From assembly GCF_009914755.1 (NCBI RefSeq), contig NC_060928.1: DNA of 64,000 nucleotides; one strand, written 5' to 3'. The stretch comes from the human T2T-CHM13v2.0 reference genome, Homo sapiens. Made by a program: the position numbers and the translations under genes. Position 1 is the first letter of the stretch; the number at the start of each line of letters is the position of its first letter. Below, in pieces: positions 14,799 to 28,203 of the stretch. The notes under the pieces were generated by a model that saw nothing but the letters and a program-made list of their open reading frames with translations, was not told the DNA's origin and made no database searches.

Positions 14799-15215
14799 TG
14801 TTTTAGGCCATTCTTGCATTGTTATAAAGAAATACCTGAGGCTGGGTAATTTATAAAGAAAATAGGTTTAATTGGCTCATGGTTCTTCAGGCTGTACAGG
14901 AAGCGTAATGCCAACATCCGCTCAGCTTCTGGGGAGGCTTCAGGAAGTTTATAATGCTGAAAGGTGGAAAGGGAACAGGCATGTCACATGGCAAAAACAG
15001 GAGCAAGAGAGCATGGAGGGGGAGCTGCCGTACACTTTTAAACAACCAGATCTCATGAGAACTCACTACCATGAGAATAGCGCCGAGGGGATGGTGCTAA
15101 CCCATGAGAAATCCACCCCCTTAATCCAATCACCTCCCACCAGGCCTCACATCCAACACTGGGGACTACAACTCAGCATGTGATTTGGGCAGGGACACAT
15201 AGCCATACTATACTA
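14799..15215 (-). mobile_element. MSTB-type MaLR solo LTR
   Basis: tgttttaggccattcttgcattg...gatttgggcagggacaca; 5-bp TSD aattg (13903-13907, 15216-15220). Confidence 0.9.
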
Positions 15216-15699
15216 AATTGTATATATAAAAAATACAGATCAGAAAATGTAACCATGGTGGACTGTCTGATTTCAGTCCCTCAGCAATATCCTCCACATG
15301 CGCCATGTATTCTCAATATACGTTGGTTACCATGACTGTCGAATTCATTATTTCATTCTCTTTAAGGTGTCCCAGCACATGGTGTCCCATGTCTGAAACA
15401 TCATTCCAAATATACTTCCTATATTTCCACCATCTATGAATATTTCTCCTAATAGACTAACACCACCATAGATTTTGAATTATCTTTTACTTCTGCATTC
15501 TCAGAACTATGCATGGCATTGAGCATATATAAAGTACTCTCAACATTTTTGAAAATACAAATAATCAAATAGTTTCTTTCCATTTGGAGCTGATAAATAC
15601 TCCAATGAATAATTAATAACAAATATCTATCGGGATGTTTCTAATTATATTAAATTTAGCTGAATCCAATTATTTAGAAATAATTCTTTCACAGAAAAT

Positions 15700-15913
15700 T
15701 AGTTATCTCAGTTTTTTACTCTTAAGCCTTCAGCTGATTGGATAAGCTCCACCTACATTGTCTAGGGTAATCACTTTTACTTAGTCTTCAGATTGTAGAT
15801 AGTAATCTTTTCTACTAAACATCTTCACAGTGAAGTAACATCTAGACCATTGTTTGACTAAAAATTGAATACGATAGCCTAGCCACGTTGACGTATAAAA
15901 TTTAACCATTACA
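15700..15913 (-). mobile_element. MLT2D-type LTR fragment
   Basis: gccttcagctgattggataag...gcctagccacgttgacgtataaaatttaaccattaca. Confidence 0.8.
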
Positions 15914-17448
15914 AGCTCCATAAATGTTAGCAAAATTTAATATTTGTAAATGAATGGCAGATACAGACATGAAGCTTCTGGAATATCTATCTATGCATTT
16001 TGTAAATCCTTATTAAATCAAGGTAAAGATGGTTGAAGACTGTTTGATGTATCATAAAAATCCACCAGTACTGATGATTCTGTGGAAACATGGTACACCC
16101 TGAGCTATAAGGAACCTGGAAAATCTTAGCTACTAGTCTCTGTCAATAATCAGCTCCAGACTATACTTAGAAGTTAACACTATCATAAGAGCCTAAATAT
16201 TTGCTTAAGAGTTATAAGGTATATTAGTGAAATACTGGAAACTTTTCTATATCAAAAATAGCTGACAAAGACCTGTGATTTCTAAAATTGATGTTTGAAA
16301 TGAGAAAACAGAACACTCTCTGTAACCTTTTGGGAAATCAAAGCGTTTTCAGTTTTCACCTGGAATTGCCCTGTGAAATTAATATGCTTCCAAAGTATTC
16401 CTGATCTTTGGAAAAGTAGCTGCCATTATTGAATTATGTCTAAGAGCTTAAGGTCTGGTATGTTTCTTATACTGTTGTCAATTTCAAATACAATGCTTAG
16501 GGCAAGAAGCATAGGCACTTAAGCAATAATTTCTTATGAACAAATCCTGCATCTGCCACACAGAAGACATTCATGATGATGCATTATCTGTTTTTAAGAA
16601 ATGAGATGGGATTGACCAAAAGGTCATTCTTTATGTGCAGAAAACTCAGGTTGAAATGTGTCCTACCACTGACCACCCACTACATAGCTACTTTTAAAAC
16701 AAGCCAAAGTAGCATCCCACAGATCAATCACTCAGGTTTATAAGCCTGTTTTACACAATTCTTTCATTATTAGCATTTACATTAGATGTGTTGTAATGGC
16801 TAGAATCTGCAGCAGCATGTTACAAATATTTAGGAGAGTATTAATATCCATGAAACAAACATTTCCAGAAGAGTACTGCATATATGCTGATATAAATGAG
16901 TTAAGAATTAACATAGGATCACAAAAGAAGTTTATCAAGTAATGGCACAAGGTACAAATATTGTTACAAAGGAAATTGTAGACTTCCTTAACTGAGTTCT
17001 TCTGACATGAATTTCATTCTTAAATAGAAAACAATTGATATTTTAATCCAAACCAGCATTTGTTTTTACTGAGATAACTGTAAAGCAAATGTAATGGTAG
17101 CACACAAAAACAGTGTATTTTTACTCTCATGTAGAAGTAATGACTCAAAAGTCAATAGCTGTTTGACATTCTCTGTAGCATCTTCATGCTGGCAGATTTG
17201 GACCCATTGAATGTCTGTTTTTTGTAACATTGTAGGAGCAAATTTCTTTTTATAGAGTGTTCTGTTTTGTTTATTTTCAATATGGAATGAAAACAACATA
17301 TGGGTTCTAGCAAGGCAGTTGATAAACATTTTTTTTTCACCGAAATGCATTACACGAATTATTTTTTACTCACAAGGTCAGCTCAAATTTCAGAACAGAA
17401 ATGATCAGACTTTAACCAGGAGCACAGATTTCAGACTTAATGACTTAC

Positions 17449-17471
17449 TCGCTGTACATCCTGTGATTTCA
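17449..17471 (-). other. Candidate 23-nt microexon (unverified)
   Basis: Minus strand ctaat branch point...tgttcttttctacctctAG|tgaaatcacaggatgtacagcga|GTaagt. Confidence 0.3.
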
Positions 17472-17754
17472 CTAGAGGTAGAAAAGAACATAGTTTCATT
17501 AGAAGACCTGGCCTGAAGAACTCTCCTTTTTACATTTGCTGCAGTGATTTGAATACAGCATTTAGCCCAGTTATTTGCATGGAAAAAAATAAGTATCTTA
17601 TTTCAGGGCTGGTTATTATTACCTGGACTTGAGGACTTTTGTTTTACGACTACTATTTGAAGCTGTTTGTGGTGCCTTTAGTCACTCAGCACTCTCACTC
17701 CCGCCCCACCCCATCTCACCCCTCCTCCTTTGTGTACTCCCATTTCCCCTTTAT

Positions 17755-17993
17755 TCTTTCCTTTTTTTTTTTTTTTTTTTTTTTCTGAGACAGGGTCTCA
17801 GTCTGCCACGCAGAATGGAGTGCAATGGTGTGATCTTGGCTCACTGCAGCCTTGACCTCCAAAGCTCAAGCGATTCTTCCACTCGAACCTCCCAAGAAGC
17901 TGGGATCACAAGCATGTGCCACCATGCCTTGATAATTTTTGTATTTTTTTTTTCGCATGGAGATGGGGTCAAACCATATTGCACAGGTTGGCC
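17755..17993 (-). mobile_element. AluJ, 5'-truncated
   Basis: Poly-T, right monomer and part of the left monomer. Confidence 0.9.
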
Positions 17994-18771
17994 TTTTTTT
18001 TCTCTTAAACAGCAAATTAGCAATGAGAGTGGTCCCTTCTTCCAGTTTAGGATGAATTATTTTCCTTAAAAGGAAGAATAATACAGACTTAATGTACATG
18101 TTTCCTTTGAATTCCCATTATGCACATTTTTAACCTTGCAGTGGAAATGAACCACCTTTACACAACACTGAGCCTGTCTTTTTTGCAATTTTTTATTACC
18201 AATTTAAGTTACACATGTTACTAGCATTGGCCATTTGCCTCAGGGAATTACTGTAGAATGACAATTTAAAATATTGACTCTGAAGAGTTGTAGTCTTTTA
18301 GGATTGCAAACATTTTATACATCAAAACCTTATCTTTTTGAATTTTAGAGTAACATAACAATCAGTCTCAGATCAAACTTTCTTAAAACCATGTTGATAT
18401 TTGACTCATGAAATGCTATTTGTGGTGTATGATCAGTACAGAGGAAACAGATTGTTTCTTTTTTTATTTTTATTGTGTACTTGTTAATCTATGTCTAAAG
18501 GTATTATGCTAATTATAACACTACTCTTCACATTCAGAATCCAAATTGCTCATTTTCAAGTTTTTCTTTTTTTTTCAAATTGTAATCTGTTAATTACTTG
18601 TTTAATGGAGTGTGTAATTACCTACTTTAAGTTAGAAAACTGTTTCCATTTCAAAGAGAGAAACCTATTTTAGAAATGAAAGAATATAAATGCAATCCAT
18701 TCGATATAGAATATAACTCTTTACTTCCCTTAATGATCTACATGAGAAAATGAGATTGAAAAACAACTCAC

Positions 18772-18907
18772 CATATTTTCTATTTATGTATTTGTGTATA
18801 TGACGTCAAACATAGGTGAAATGTATGATAAAGATAACACAATCACATTTAACTACACTTTGTGGAGTGATTCAACTCTCTATTCAAGCCATTTAAACAA
18901 CTAATCT
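18772..18907 (-). other. Candidate non-coding exon, 136 nt (unverified)
   Basis: Minus strand ttttcttccttgtctAG|agattag...aaatatg|GTgagt; stops in all three frames. Confidence 0.25.
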
Positions 18908-19059
18908 CTAGACAAGGAAGAAAACCAACTGATTAATGACATACACTTTTAAAAGTGTTTTCTTTTTCAAATACTTGGCTAGAAGAGAAAAGTAAGTCAT
19001 AAAAGAGACCAAGTGAGGGAACAAGATATTAGAGAAGTGGAACAACTTAGGAAAGACAT

Positions 19060-19265
19060 TAATAATAAATAATGTTAATTGAATTCAGGGTTTATTCTAT
19101 CCAAGCAGCAAAAAAATATGAGGTATAACCAGGATTCCCTTGTGTCACATATGAATAAACTGAGCTTTCCAGATATTAAGTAAAATTGGCTACTGTAATT
19201 CAATCAAGCAGCAGTTTAATCTTCACACTCCAAGCTATTGCCTTCAAACTAAATGCTAGTACTAT
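19060..19265 (-). mobile_element. MIR
   Basis: Core cacatatgaataaactgagc...attaagtaaaattggc. Confidence 0.55.
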
Positions 19266-19570
19266 AATGGAAATAAATGAATTTGTATGATCTTAGGGAA
19301 TGAAGAAAATTAGACTTTTTGATAATATTTTGATGATGACTATTCATTCTCTCGATGGTCTATAATGCTGGGATTTGGAAATTGACCAGAAAAGCTCTTG
19401 GTAGCAAAATCTTCATATTGGGTGGGAAGTGAAGGACTATATTTATGCTCTTCTTTTTGATGAAAATGTTTGTAACATGAGGACAAGTGCTTGGGAACTT
19501 AAGTAAATGTCTTGAAAAACTACAGGCTCAGTAGGTAATGGCAAGAGAAATAGCAGTTTAAGAAACTCTG

Positions 19571-19862
19571 GGCAGGGTGCGGTGGCTCATGCCTGTAATC
19601 CCAGCACTTTGGGGGGCCAAGGTGGGCAGATCACGAGGTCAGGAGATCAAGGCCATCCTGGCTAACACGGTGAAACCCTGTCTCTATTAAACATACAAAA
19701 AATTAGCTGGGTGTGGTGGCGGGTGCCGGTAGTCCCAGCTACTCAGGAGGCTGAGGCAGGAGAATGGCATGAACCTGGGAGGCGGAGCTTGCAGTGAGCC
19801 CAGATTGCACCACTGCACTCCAGCCTGGGCGACAGAGAGAGACTCCATCTCAAAAATAAAAA

Positions 19863-19893
<31 letters not shown>
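19571..19893 (+). mobile_element. AluY
   Basis: Y diagnostics (ccatcctggctaacacgg, gaatggcatgaacc, ggagcttgcag); (AAAT)n tail; TSD aaactctg. Confidence 0.95.
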
Positions 19894-22800
19894 AAACTCT
19901 GAAATTTCTGTTCCCCTGAAAGCAAGAAGAAAACTAACAAAAATGGCCAGAATCAACTTTTTCAGATCTCTGGATAGAAACAAAAGGCTTTCAGGCATTG
20001 AAATAAGTATACCAGGAAAAATAGTTGAATTTCAGTATGAACTGTGAGGCTTATGACAATTTAACTTGTTCTATTTCTACCCTCCTCTCTTTAGCTCTGT
20101 ATTAACCTTGAAAACAAATAAACCATAAACATCGTGAAATCTAACATCTTGGCAGCCAACAGAAGGAGAAGAAAGAGCTGTAGCTCTTTCAAAGCTTCAC
20201 TGTCAGGGAATCATTATTTATTGGCCTGGCTGGTGGTTCCCTGGGAGTCTCTGCTTGCCGGGTTGTATTTATTTGAACTCAGTCAGATTTACCCAATGTG
20301 AAAAGTCTCCCTGGAGCTGTATGTTGAAACATTTTGAGGTAATTGTTTACCTTCAAGAGCTGCCTAAGGTAGTGGATAATAGTTGGAGCCAAACAATAAG
20401 TTAACCAGAAAGCTTAAAAGGAAAAGGAAGAGAATGAGATGTCCATAGGGATTTTGAAAACCTATGATATGTTTTTGGGAATCTAGCAGGACATGCATAT
20501 TGCACATGCATAGGGCTTGGTCCATGCTCAGGAAGAATTCTAGAAGGTCTGAAGCTTTCAACTCTGGCCAGTGTTGAGAGTCTGAGGAGGCAGGAAGTGA
20601 AAGCTAAGGCACAGTTGTCAACTGCCAACGGGAGTGTCAAAGGCATGCCACAACATTCATGGTCTCTTAGCAAAGACTGGAAGACTTACTAAGGAAATAT
20701 CTGTCGAATAATAAGCAGAGCAATGAGCTAAGCAAACAGACAGACTTTACTAGCCATAGAAAACAAAGAATACACACTTTAACAGATTAGTTCTGGAAAG
20801 TTAAGGGAAGAAAAAAGAACAAGAACAAAAACAACCACTAACAGCAGCAACAGTCAACCATGGAGAAGAGAAAGAAACTGATTTTCAGAGTTGTCACATT
20901 AAATAATTAAAAATGCTCAGTTTTCAACAGCAAAAACAAGGACTATTTTAAAAAAAGAAAATACGGCCCATACACAAGACAAATGCTATTATATAATAAA
21001 TATTATCCTTGAGGAAGCCCTCCTGTTGGACTTACTAAAGACTTTAAATTCACTTTTAAAGATATAAGAATGAAAGAAAATCCCGTCCAAAAAAGTAAAG
21101 TGTAAGAATGCCACCTTTTCAATTAGAGAATATCAGTAATAAGATACACACTATACAAAGGAATAAAATAGAAACTCTGGAGTTAAAAAATAAAATAAAT
21201 AAAATAAAACAATAAATAAAGGGGGTCAAGAACAAATTTCAGCAGGCAGAAGAAAGATTTCACAAATTTAAAGGTAGATTCAATTGAGATTATCCAGTTC
21301 AAGGAACAGAAAAGAAAAAAAATGAGAACAGCCTCAGAAAAATGTGGGACATCATCAGATATACAAACAGGCTTACTATGTGAGTCCAGGAGGAAAGAAG
21401 AAAGTGAGACATAAAAAATGTTTCAAAAATTAATAGTTGAAAACTTTCTAAATTTGATTAAAAAAAAGTTGACACATCCAAGAAGCTCATTGAATTCTGA
21501 CTAGGTCAAACTCAAAGAGATCCATGCCTAAAGACTTCATAATCAAACTGTTGAAAGCAAATTAAAAAAAAAAGGTATACTGAAAGCAGCAAAAGATAAG
21601 TAACTCATCACCTATATAAAATTCTGAATAAGATTAAGAGCTGATTTCTTATCACAAACCTTGAGGTCTAGGAAGCAGTCAGAAGCCTTATTGAAGCTGA
21701 AAGTAAAAAGACTGTCAACCAAGAATTTTGTACCCAGCAAAATAATCCTTCTAAGCTAAAGGAGAAATTAAGACATTTCTAGATTGGAAAAACAACAACA
21801 ACAACAAACCACAGAGAATTAGTCCCTAGCCAAACTGTAATACTAGAAATATTAAAGGGAAGCTGTCAGGCTGAAAAGAAAGAACAGTAGACAGTAACTT
21901 GAGATCATCTGTAGAAAGGAAAAAATTAGTAAATTTTACTTCATAAGTAAATATGAATGACATTAACTTTTTTTGTTTTTTCCCTTCCTATTTGATATAA
22001 AGCAATAATTATAAATGTGTTAATGGCATGCAATGCACAAAGCTGTCATTTGTAATAAAAAAATAACAAATCTCAATACATTTAAAAGGATTGAAATTGT
22101 ACGAAGTATTTTTCTCCAATCAAAGTGGAATGAAATTAGAAATCAACGAAAGAGGGATATTTGAGTAATAAACAAATATGTGAAGATTGAACAACACACT
22201 CTTAACAACAAATAGATCAAAGAGCAAATCACAAAACTTATCATAAAGTATTTTTAGATATATTGAAATGAAGACACAATATATCAAAACTTATGAGATG
22301 CAGCAAAAGCAGTTCTTAGAGGGAAAATTATATCTCTAAATGTCTATATTTTAAAAGAAGGAGAGAAATATCTCAAATAAATCACCTATTTTTTCACCTG
22401 CAGAAACTAGAACCAGCACACCAAACTAAACATAAAGCAACCAGAAAACAGAAAATAGAAGTGATGAAGATGAAATAAATGGAATAAATAATATAAACCA
22501 ATAGAGAAAATCAACAAGATGAAATTGGTTCTTTGAAAGGATCAACAAAATGTATTTTTTTAGCTAGACTAGCCATGAAAATCAGAAATAACTAAATTTA
22601 TTAAATCAAACATAAAAAGGGAGACATCACTATTGATCTTACAGTGATAATAGGGATTATAAGGATTATAAGGAGAGATTCTGCTCAATTATATACTAAT
22701 ACATTAGATAACAAAAAGGAAACGGACAAATTTCTAGAAAGGCATATACTACTGTAACTAACTCTATAAGAAATAGATTAATTTAAAAGACCTATAAAAA

Positions 22801-23689
22801 TAAGGAGATTGATTTAGTAACCAGAAAAGTATTCACAAAGAAAGACTCAGGACCAGATGGCTTCACTGTTGAATTGTCCCAAATATTTAAAGAGGAATCA
22901 ACCCTCTTCCTTCATAAACTCTTCCAAAAAATAGAAGAGAACATTTCTCAACTCACTTTATGAGGCCATTTTTAAACTAATACAAAAATCAAACACTTCA
23001 GAACAAAATATAAATGCAAAATTTCTCAAAATTTCCAACAAAATACTAGAAAACCAAATCCAGCCACATGTAAAAATAATTATACATCATAATCAAGTGA
23101 GATTTATTCCATGAATTCAATGTTGAACATACAAAAAAATCATTAAAATGTAATGCACTATATTAATACAATAAAGGACAAAATGCTCAGAATAATCTCA
23201 AAATATGCATAGAAGCATTTGAGAAAGTTCAATATCATTTAATAAGAAAGCCACTTAAACTTGGAAGAAAAGGAAACTTTCTTAGCCAGCTAAAGGGCAT
23301 CTGCAGAAAATATTGAAGTACTGAGACCTTCTACCTTAAAATCAGGAGCTAAAAGTTAACCCATTTTGGAAAGGAAGAACTAAGAACTTTAATCCTTTCT
23401 ATTTTAAGATGACTTGAACTTGTATATAAAAAAAAGTAAGGGATTCATGAAAATAATAATAATAAATGTTAGAACTAATAAAGGAGTTGAGCAAGGTTGT
23501 AGGAACAAAGATCAATATACCTAATGGAATTGTATTTTCACACTAGTAATAAACAATATAAAAATTAAATAAATAAAACTTTTCAATTTAGAATAGCATC
23601 AAAAGCAATAGAATACCTAGTTAAAACAGGAGTGCATCACTTGTATATTGAAAACTAGTAACATCACTTAGTTTATAAAAATGATAAAT

Positions 23690-23882
23690 AGCTCAGGTAT
23701 GGTGGCTCACACCTGTAATCCCAGAAATTCGGGAGGCCAAGTCAGGAGGATCACTTGAGCCTAGGAGTTTGAGACGACCCTGGACAAGACTGTCTCTACA
23801 AAAAAATTACAACAAAAAACAAACAACAATGACAACAATAAAAATAGCAAAGCAAAACAAAACAAACAAAAATAAAAACAAA
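23690..23882 (+). mobile_element. FLAM (free left Alu monomer) with A-rich tail
   Basis: Single monomer ggtggctcacacctgtaatcc...ggatcacttgagcctaggag. Confidence 0.85.
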
Positions 23883-26800
23883 GAGACAAATCATTAGAAA
23901 AAATCAAATTTTCATGGATTAGAAGATTTAATATTGTTAAAATGACAATATTTCCCTAATTGATCTATAGATTCAATGCAATCTCTACCAAAATCCCAGT
24001 TAATTTTTTTAAAGAAATAATTGAGAAGCATATCCTAAAATTAATGAGGAAATGAAAGGAACCCAAAATAGTGAAACAATTTTGGAAAAAGAAAATAAAG
24101 TACATACACTGCCCAGGCTCAATATTTCCTATAAAGCTATAGTATTCAAAACAGTTTGTTACTTACATAGGGTAAACATATAGATAAATAAAATTGAGAG
24201 TCTAGCAATAAATCCATACGTATCTGAGCAATTAATTGTTTACATTAATTCCAAGATCATTCAATGGGGAAAGAAGAGTCTTTTTAACAAATGGTTCAGG
24301 GACAACTGAATATACATACATAAAAGAATGAGTTTGGACCTCTCCCTCACACCATGTGCAAAAACCACATGGAAGTGAATAAAATCCTAAATATAAGAGC
24401 TAAAAGTATAAAATTCTTGTAAGAAAGCAAGAGTAGATCTTTATGACTTTGAATTTAGCAAGGATTTTTAGATATGACACCAAAGGCAAAAGAAACAAAA
24501 GAAAAATGATAAATTGAACTTCATGAAAATTAAAAATGTTTTGAATCAAAACACACTATTAAGAAACACAATCTATATAATGGGATAAAATATTTGGAAA
24601 TCATACATTTGATCCAAATTTAGATTCCTGAAGGTATAAATAACTCCTGAACCTCAACAATAAAAAGATAAACATTCCAATCTTAAAAATGGGCAAAAGA
24701 TCTGAATAGACATTTTCCAAGAAAGATATAAAAATAAACAATAAGCATATGAAAATTGCTTTACATCCTAGTTGTTAGGGAAATGCACATGAAAGCCACA
24801 ATGAAATGTCATTTTATACCCACTGAGATGGCTATAATCAGGATAAACAATAACAATTGTTGACAAGGATGTAGAAAAATTGGAACCCTCATACATTGGT
24901 AGAAAGAATAAAAACCATGCAGCAATTATGAAAAACTTTCTGATAGTTCTTCAGCATGTTAAACACAGAGTTTCCATAATACTCAGCAATATTTCTCCTA
25001 GATAAATGTAGAAGAGAATTGAAAACATATTCATGCAAAAAATTGTACATGAATCTTCATAGCAGTACTATTTATAATAGCCAAAAATGAAAACAACCAA
25101 ATGTCCATCAACTGGTGAATTGACAAACAAAATGTAATATTGAATTACAATATTGAATATACAATTGAATATTATTTGGCTATAAAGTGCTACATACTGC
25201 AACATAAATACATCTTGAAAACTTTATAATAGTTGATAGAAGTCAAATACAAAAGGCCACACATCTTTTGATTTCATGTAAATGAAATGTACAGAATAGA
25301 CAAATACATAGAAACAAAAAGTAGATGAATGACCAATAGGCATTGTGGAATAGAGGGCACGGAAAGTGACTGCTAATGTGTATGGGGTTTCTTTACTAGT
25401 GATGAAAATGTTTTGTAATCAGGTAGTAGTTCGGCTTGTATAACTCATGAATATGCTAAGAACCACTGAACTGTACACTTTAAAAGGTGTCAACTTTGTG
25501 GTAAGTAAATTATATGTCAATGGAGAAACACAAAAAGCCAGTGGCTAGTTGCCTATTGAAAGAGAGGTGTCTTATTCTCCACCTCACCTATGCAAAATCA
25601 GACAATAACCACACTAGAATTTATGCTGCTTATCAATTGACTTCATGAAAAAATTACATATTTTTTTCACTTGAATCCCTCATGATAAGACATATATATT
25701 TCCTCTAGCTATGCTGATTTACTTTGCTGATTTCTTTAATCAGAATTTATCATTAGAATAATTCATCTCTTGTTCATGCAGATATAAGCTTAATAAAATA
25801 AAAGATGGAGATGCTTGCATGCAAAGTTTGTGTAACAGGTCAGGCTATCTTTTCTGATTTTAATACTAAATTAAAATATATAAAGGTTGAAAGAAATTAT
25901 TTTGATTTATAATTAGTAATCACAAAGACTCTTTTAAAAAGAAAAAAGCTTTTTTGTTTTAATGAATTTATTTTGTTGTGGCTAATCATATTGCATGTTT
26001 TTCAAGTCCCATTTTAGTTGAATATTTATAATGAATGTTGTTTGTGTTCATTGAGAATCTCAATAACATTCCACCTTGTGGTTTGATTTATGTCAGATTA
26101 TGAGGCACAAGACATACACTGTATTAAATAATTATGTTTTACTTTGATAATTTATTTTGATATAATTCTATAACCTATACAATTTATAAATCCATTTATT
26201 ACATACTTTCATAATTTAATCTCATTTTTAAATTTCCTTTACTTTTTTAGCTATTGATTTTTTATTTTTTCACCTTCTTTGCTGTATTTCACAGCAATAG
26301 AAAGCTGTGGTACTCCCTCAAATTTCATAAACGTATGTAGTTTTAAAACTATGTTATAGTTTTTAAAATTAAGCAATGATAGTTATGTTTCTCTAATAGA
26401 AGTTTAAATATCTGTCATAGCTAGATCCTTAAAATCCTTGATCATCTGAATTTACATTTGACATATGTCAAAACCAATATATTGTTTAATATTCTATTTG
26501 GTAGATAGCAAAAATGTTTTATATGGTGCAGTGATAAAGGCACTATTTAAATAAACCATTATGTTTTCACTCTTAAAGCAGATTTATTCCATTTAACATG
26601 TTTCTAAACCTCCTGACAACATATTTAATCTTTATTAAGAAACTGTGTCTTAATAGCTCATTTGGACTATTTAAACATTGACGGCCAGGCAACTGGCAGG
26701 ACAGGCTGTAGACTGATCCAATTTTATCATTAATGAATAGATGGGCTGAAATATCCATTTGTGAATGAGATATTTTAATTACCTCTGTCTGTGAATGAGT

Positions 26801-27669
26801 AACTAGCGGAACATTTCTCAGAGTTCAGTCATTTTCATTTTTGGAAATAACCAATTTTGCATGAAAATTTTTTTCTTCAATGGCACCATGTATTTTGCCA
26901 TCTAAAAATAGCTTTCATACGATACTAAATAATAAGAAAAACTGTGATCTGATTTCATGTTTCTGAATTAGGTTTGAAGCACAGTAAGGGTGTAGATGGG
27001 CTTAGGCAACTGCTTTTATACTTTCCTACTCTCTTCTGGATATTTTGGCAAAATGCTTGATTTCATTTCTCTTTGGTTTTCTGTGCTACAAAGTATAGAA
27101 AATAGAATGCAGATAATTTCTAAAGTCCTTTTAATATCTATAATAAAAATATCCAATTGGGCCAAATTCCGTCACTCAGCCACTGAACCACTGCCAGGTA
27201 CATTTGAAGGCTTAAAGAAAATAGAAACAAATTATAATAAGATTAAAATATCTTAAAACTTATAATTCATCCTTTCAGAAGAATCCATTGTATTTTGGAT
27301 TGAAAAAAATAAATTAAAATATTATAAACCAACAAATAAAACCAAAGGAATGTGTAGGTTCACTTATAAAACAAATTACTAATAATTTTGTATTTCAACC
27401 TTTCTACTATAGAAAAATCACATAATTTTTGTGGTATTACAGTTCACTCTAAAAATCAATGTCAATTACAACAAAATATACACAATATGTAGCAATAATA
27501 TTTGCCATTCTGTAGTCTGTGCGTATGTTTTTATGGGTTCATTTTTTGAGGTCATATTTAGAAATGTTTTCTTCAAAATCCTGAAATCAAGTTAAATGCT
27601 ATTCTTCACTTTTTATTAGCAGTTTACTGGGATAATTATGATATAACAAATTGTTCTAGAAAACATCTT

Positions 27670-27960
27670 ATTTCTGTGATTAAGAGCTTAGGTTATTGTC
27701 TTAGATTGAATTATTGGCAATTCATAATTTCAATCAATAATATGCAATGGCAGCTTTGTTTTTCTCAACTGCCATATTAGTCTGTTTGAGTTGCATTAAC
27801 AGTCTCAGTTTCTTAAGCAAGAAAAATTTATTTTTTCCCAGTCTGGAGGCTGGCTTTTTGACTTTGAATGCAGTGTCCCAGTTTTTGTAATATCAATTAT
27901 AAGAACATCTACCTTATAGATTGTTGCATGAGTTAAACTATAATATTGTGGGAGAAACTC
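27670..27960 (+). mobile_element. MIR fragments with a short MLT1-like piece (about 27773-27855)
   Basis: Degenerate MIR tail; cagtctggaggctgg MaLR motif. Confidence 0.4.
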
Positions 27961-28203
27961 TCATCTATCATCAAATATATTTTTGTCCTTCCTAATGTTT
28001 TTCTTTTTCTGTCTTTCTTTGTGTGTGGCTACACTAGTAAGTATCAGATGCTATCTCAGTTTCTATAAGAAAATAGAGTAAAGGCTAAGTTGCGTGTTGT
28101 GTGGAGACAATTCAACTGATTACTCTCCCAACCAATATTTCTTAATGATTTATTACATAATAAAAACTATACTGGACACCAAATGAAGGAATAATGTTGG
28201 TCT

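Larger units (their letters stand above)
19525..25525 (+). mobile_element. Near full-length degenerate L1MB7/8-type LINE-1 (5'UTR, ORF1, ORF2 and 3'UTR remnants)
   Basis: A-rich ORF1 remnant about 21000-21900; ORF2 motifs aggaccagatggcttcactg and ttcaatgcaatctctaccaaaatccc; 3' end ccactgaactgtacactttaaaag; many stops and deletions. Confidence 0.9.

Noticed and set aside
17629-18069. Longest ORF (146 aa)
   Set aside because: Runs through the poly-T and antisense AluJ; a typical Alu-derived frame
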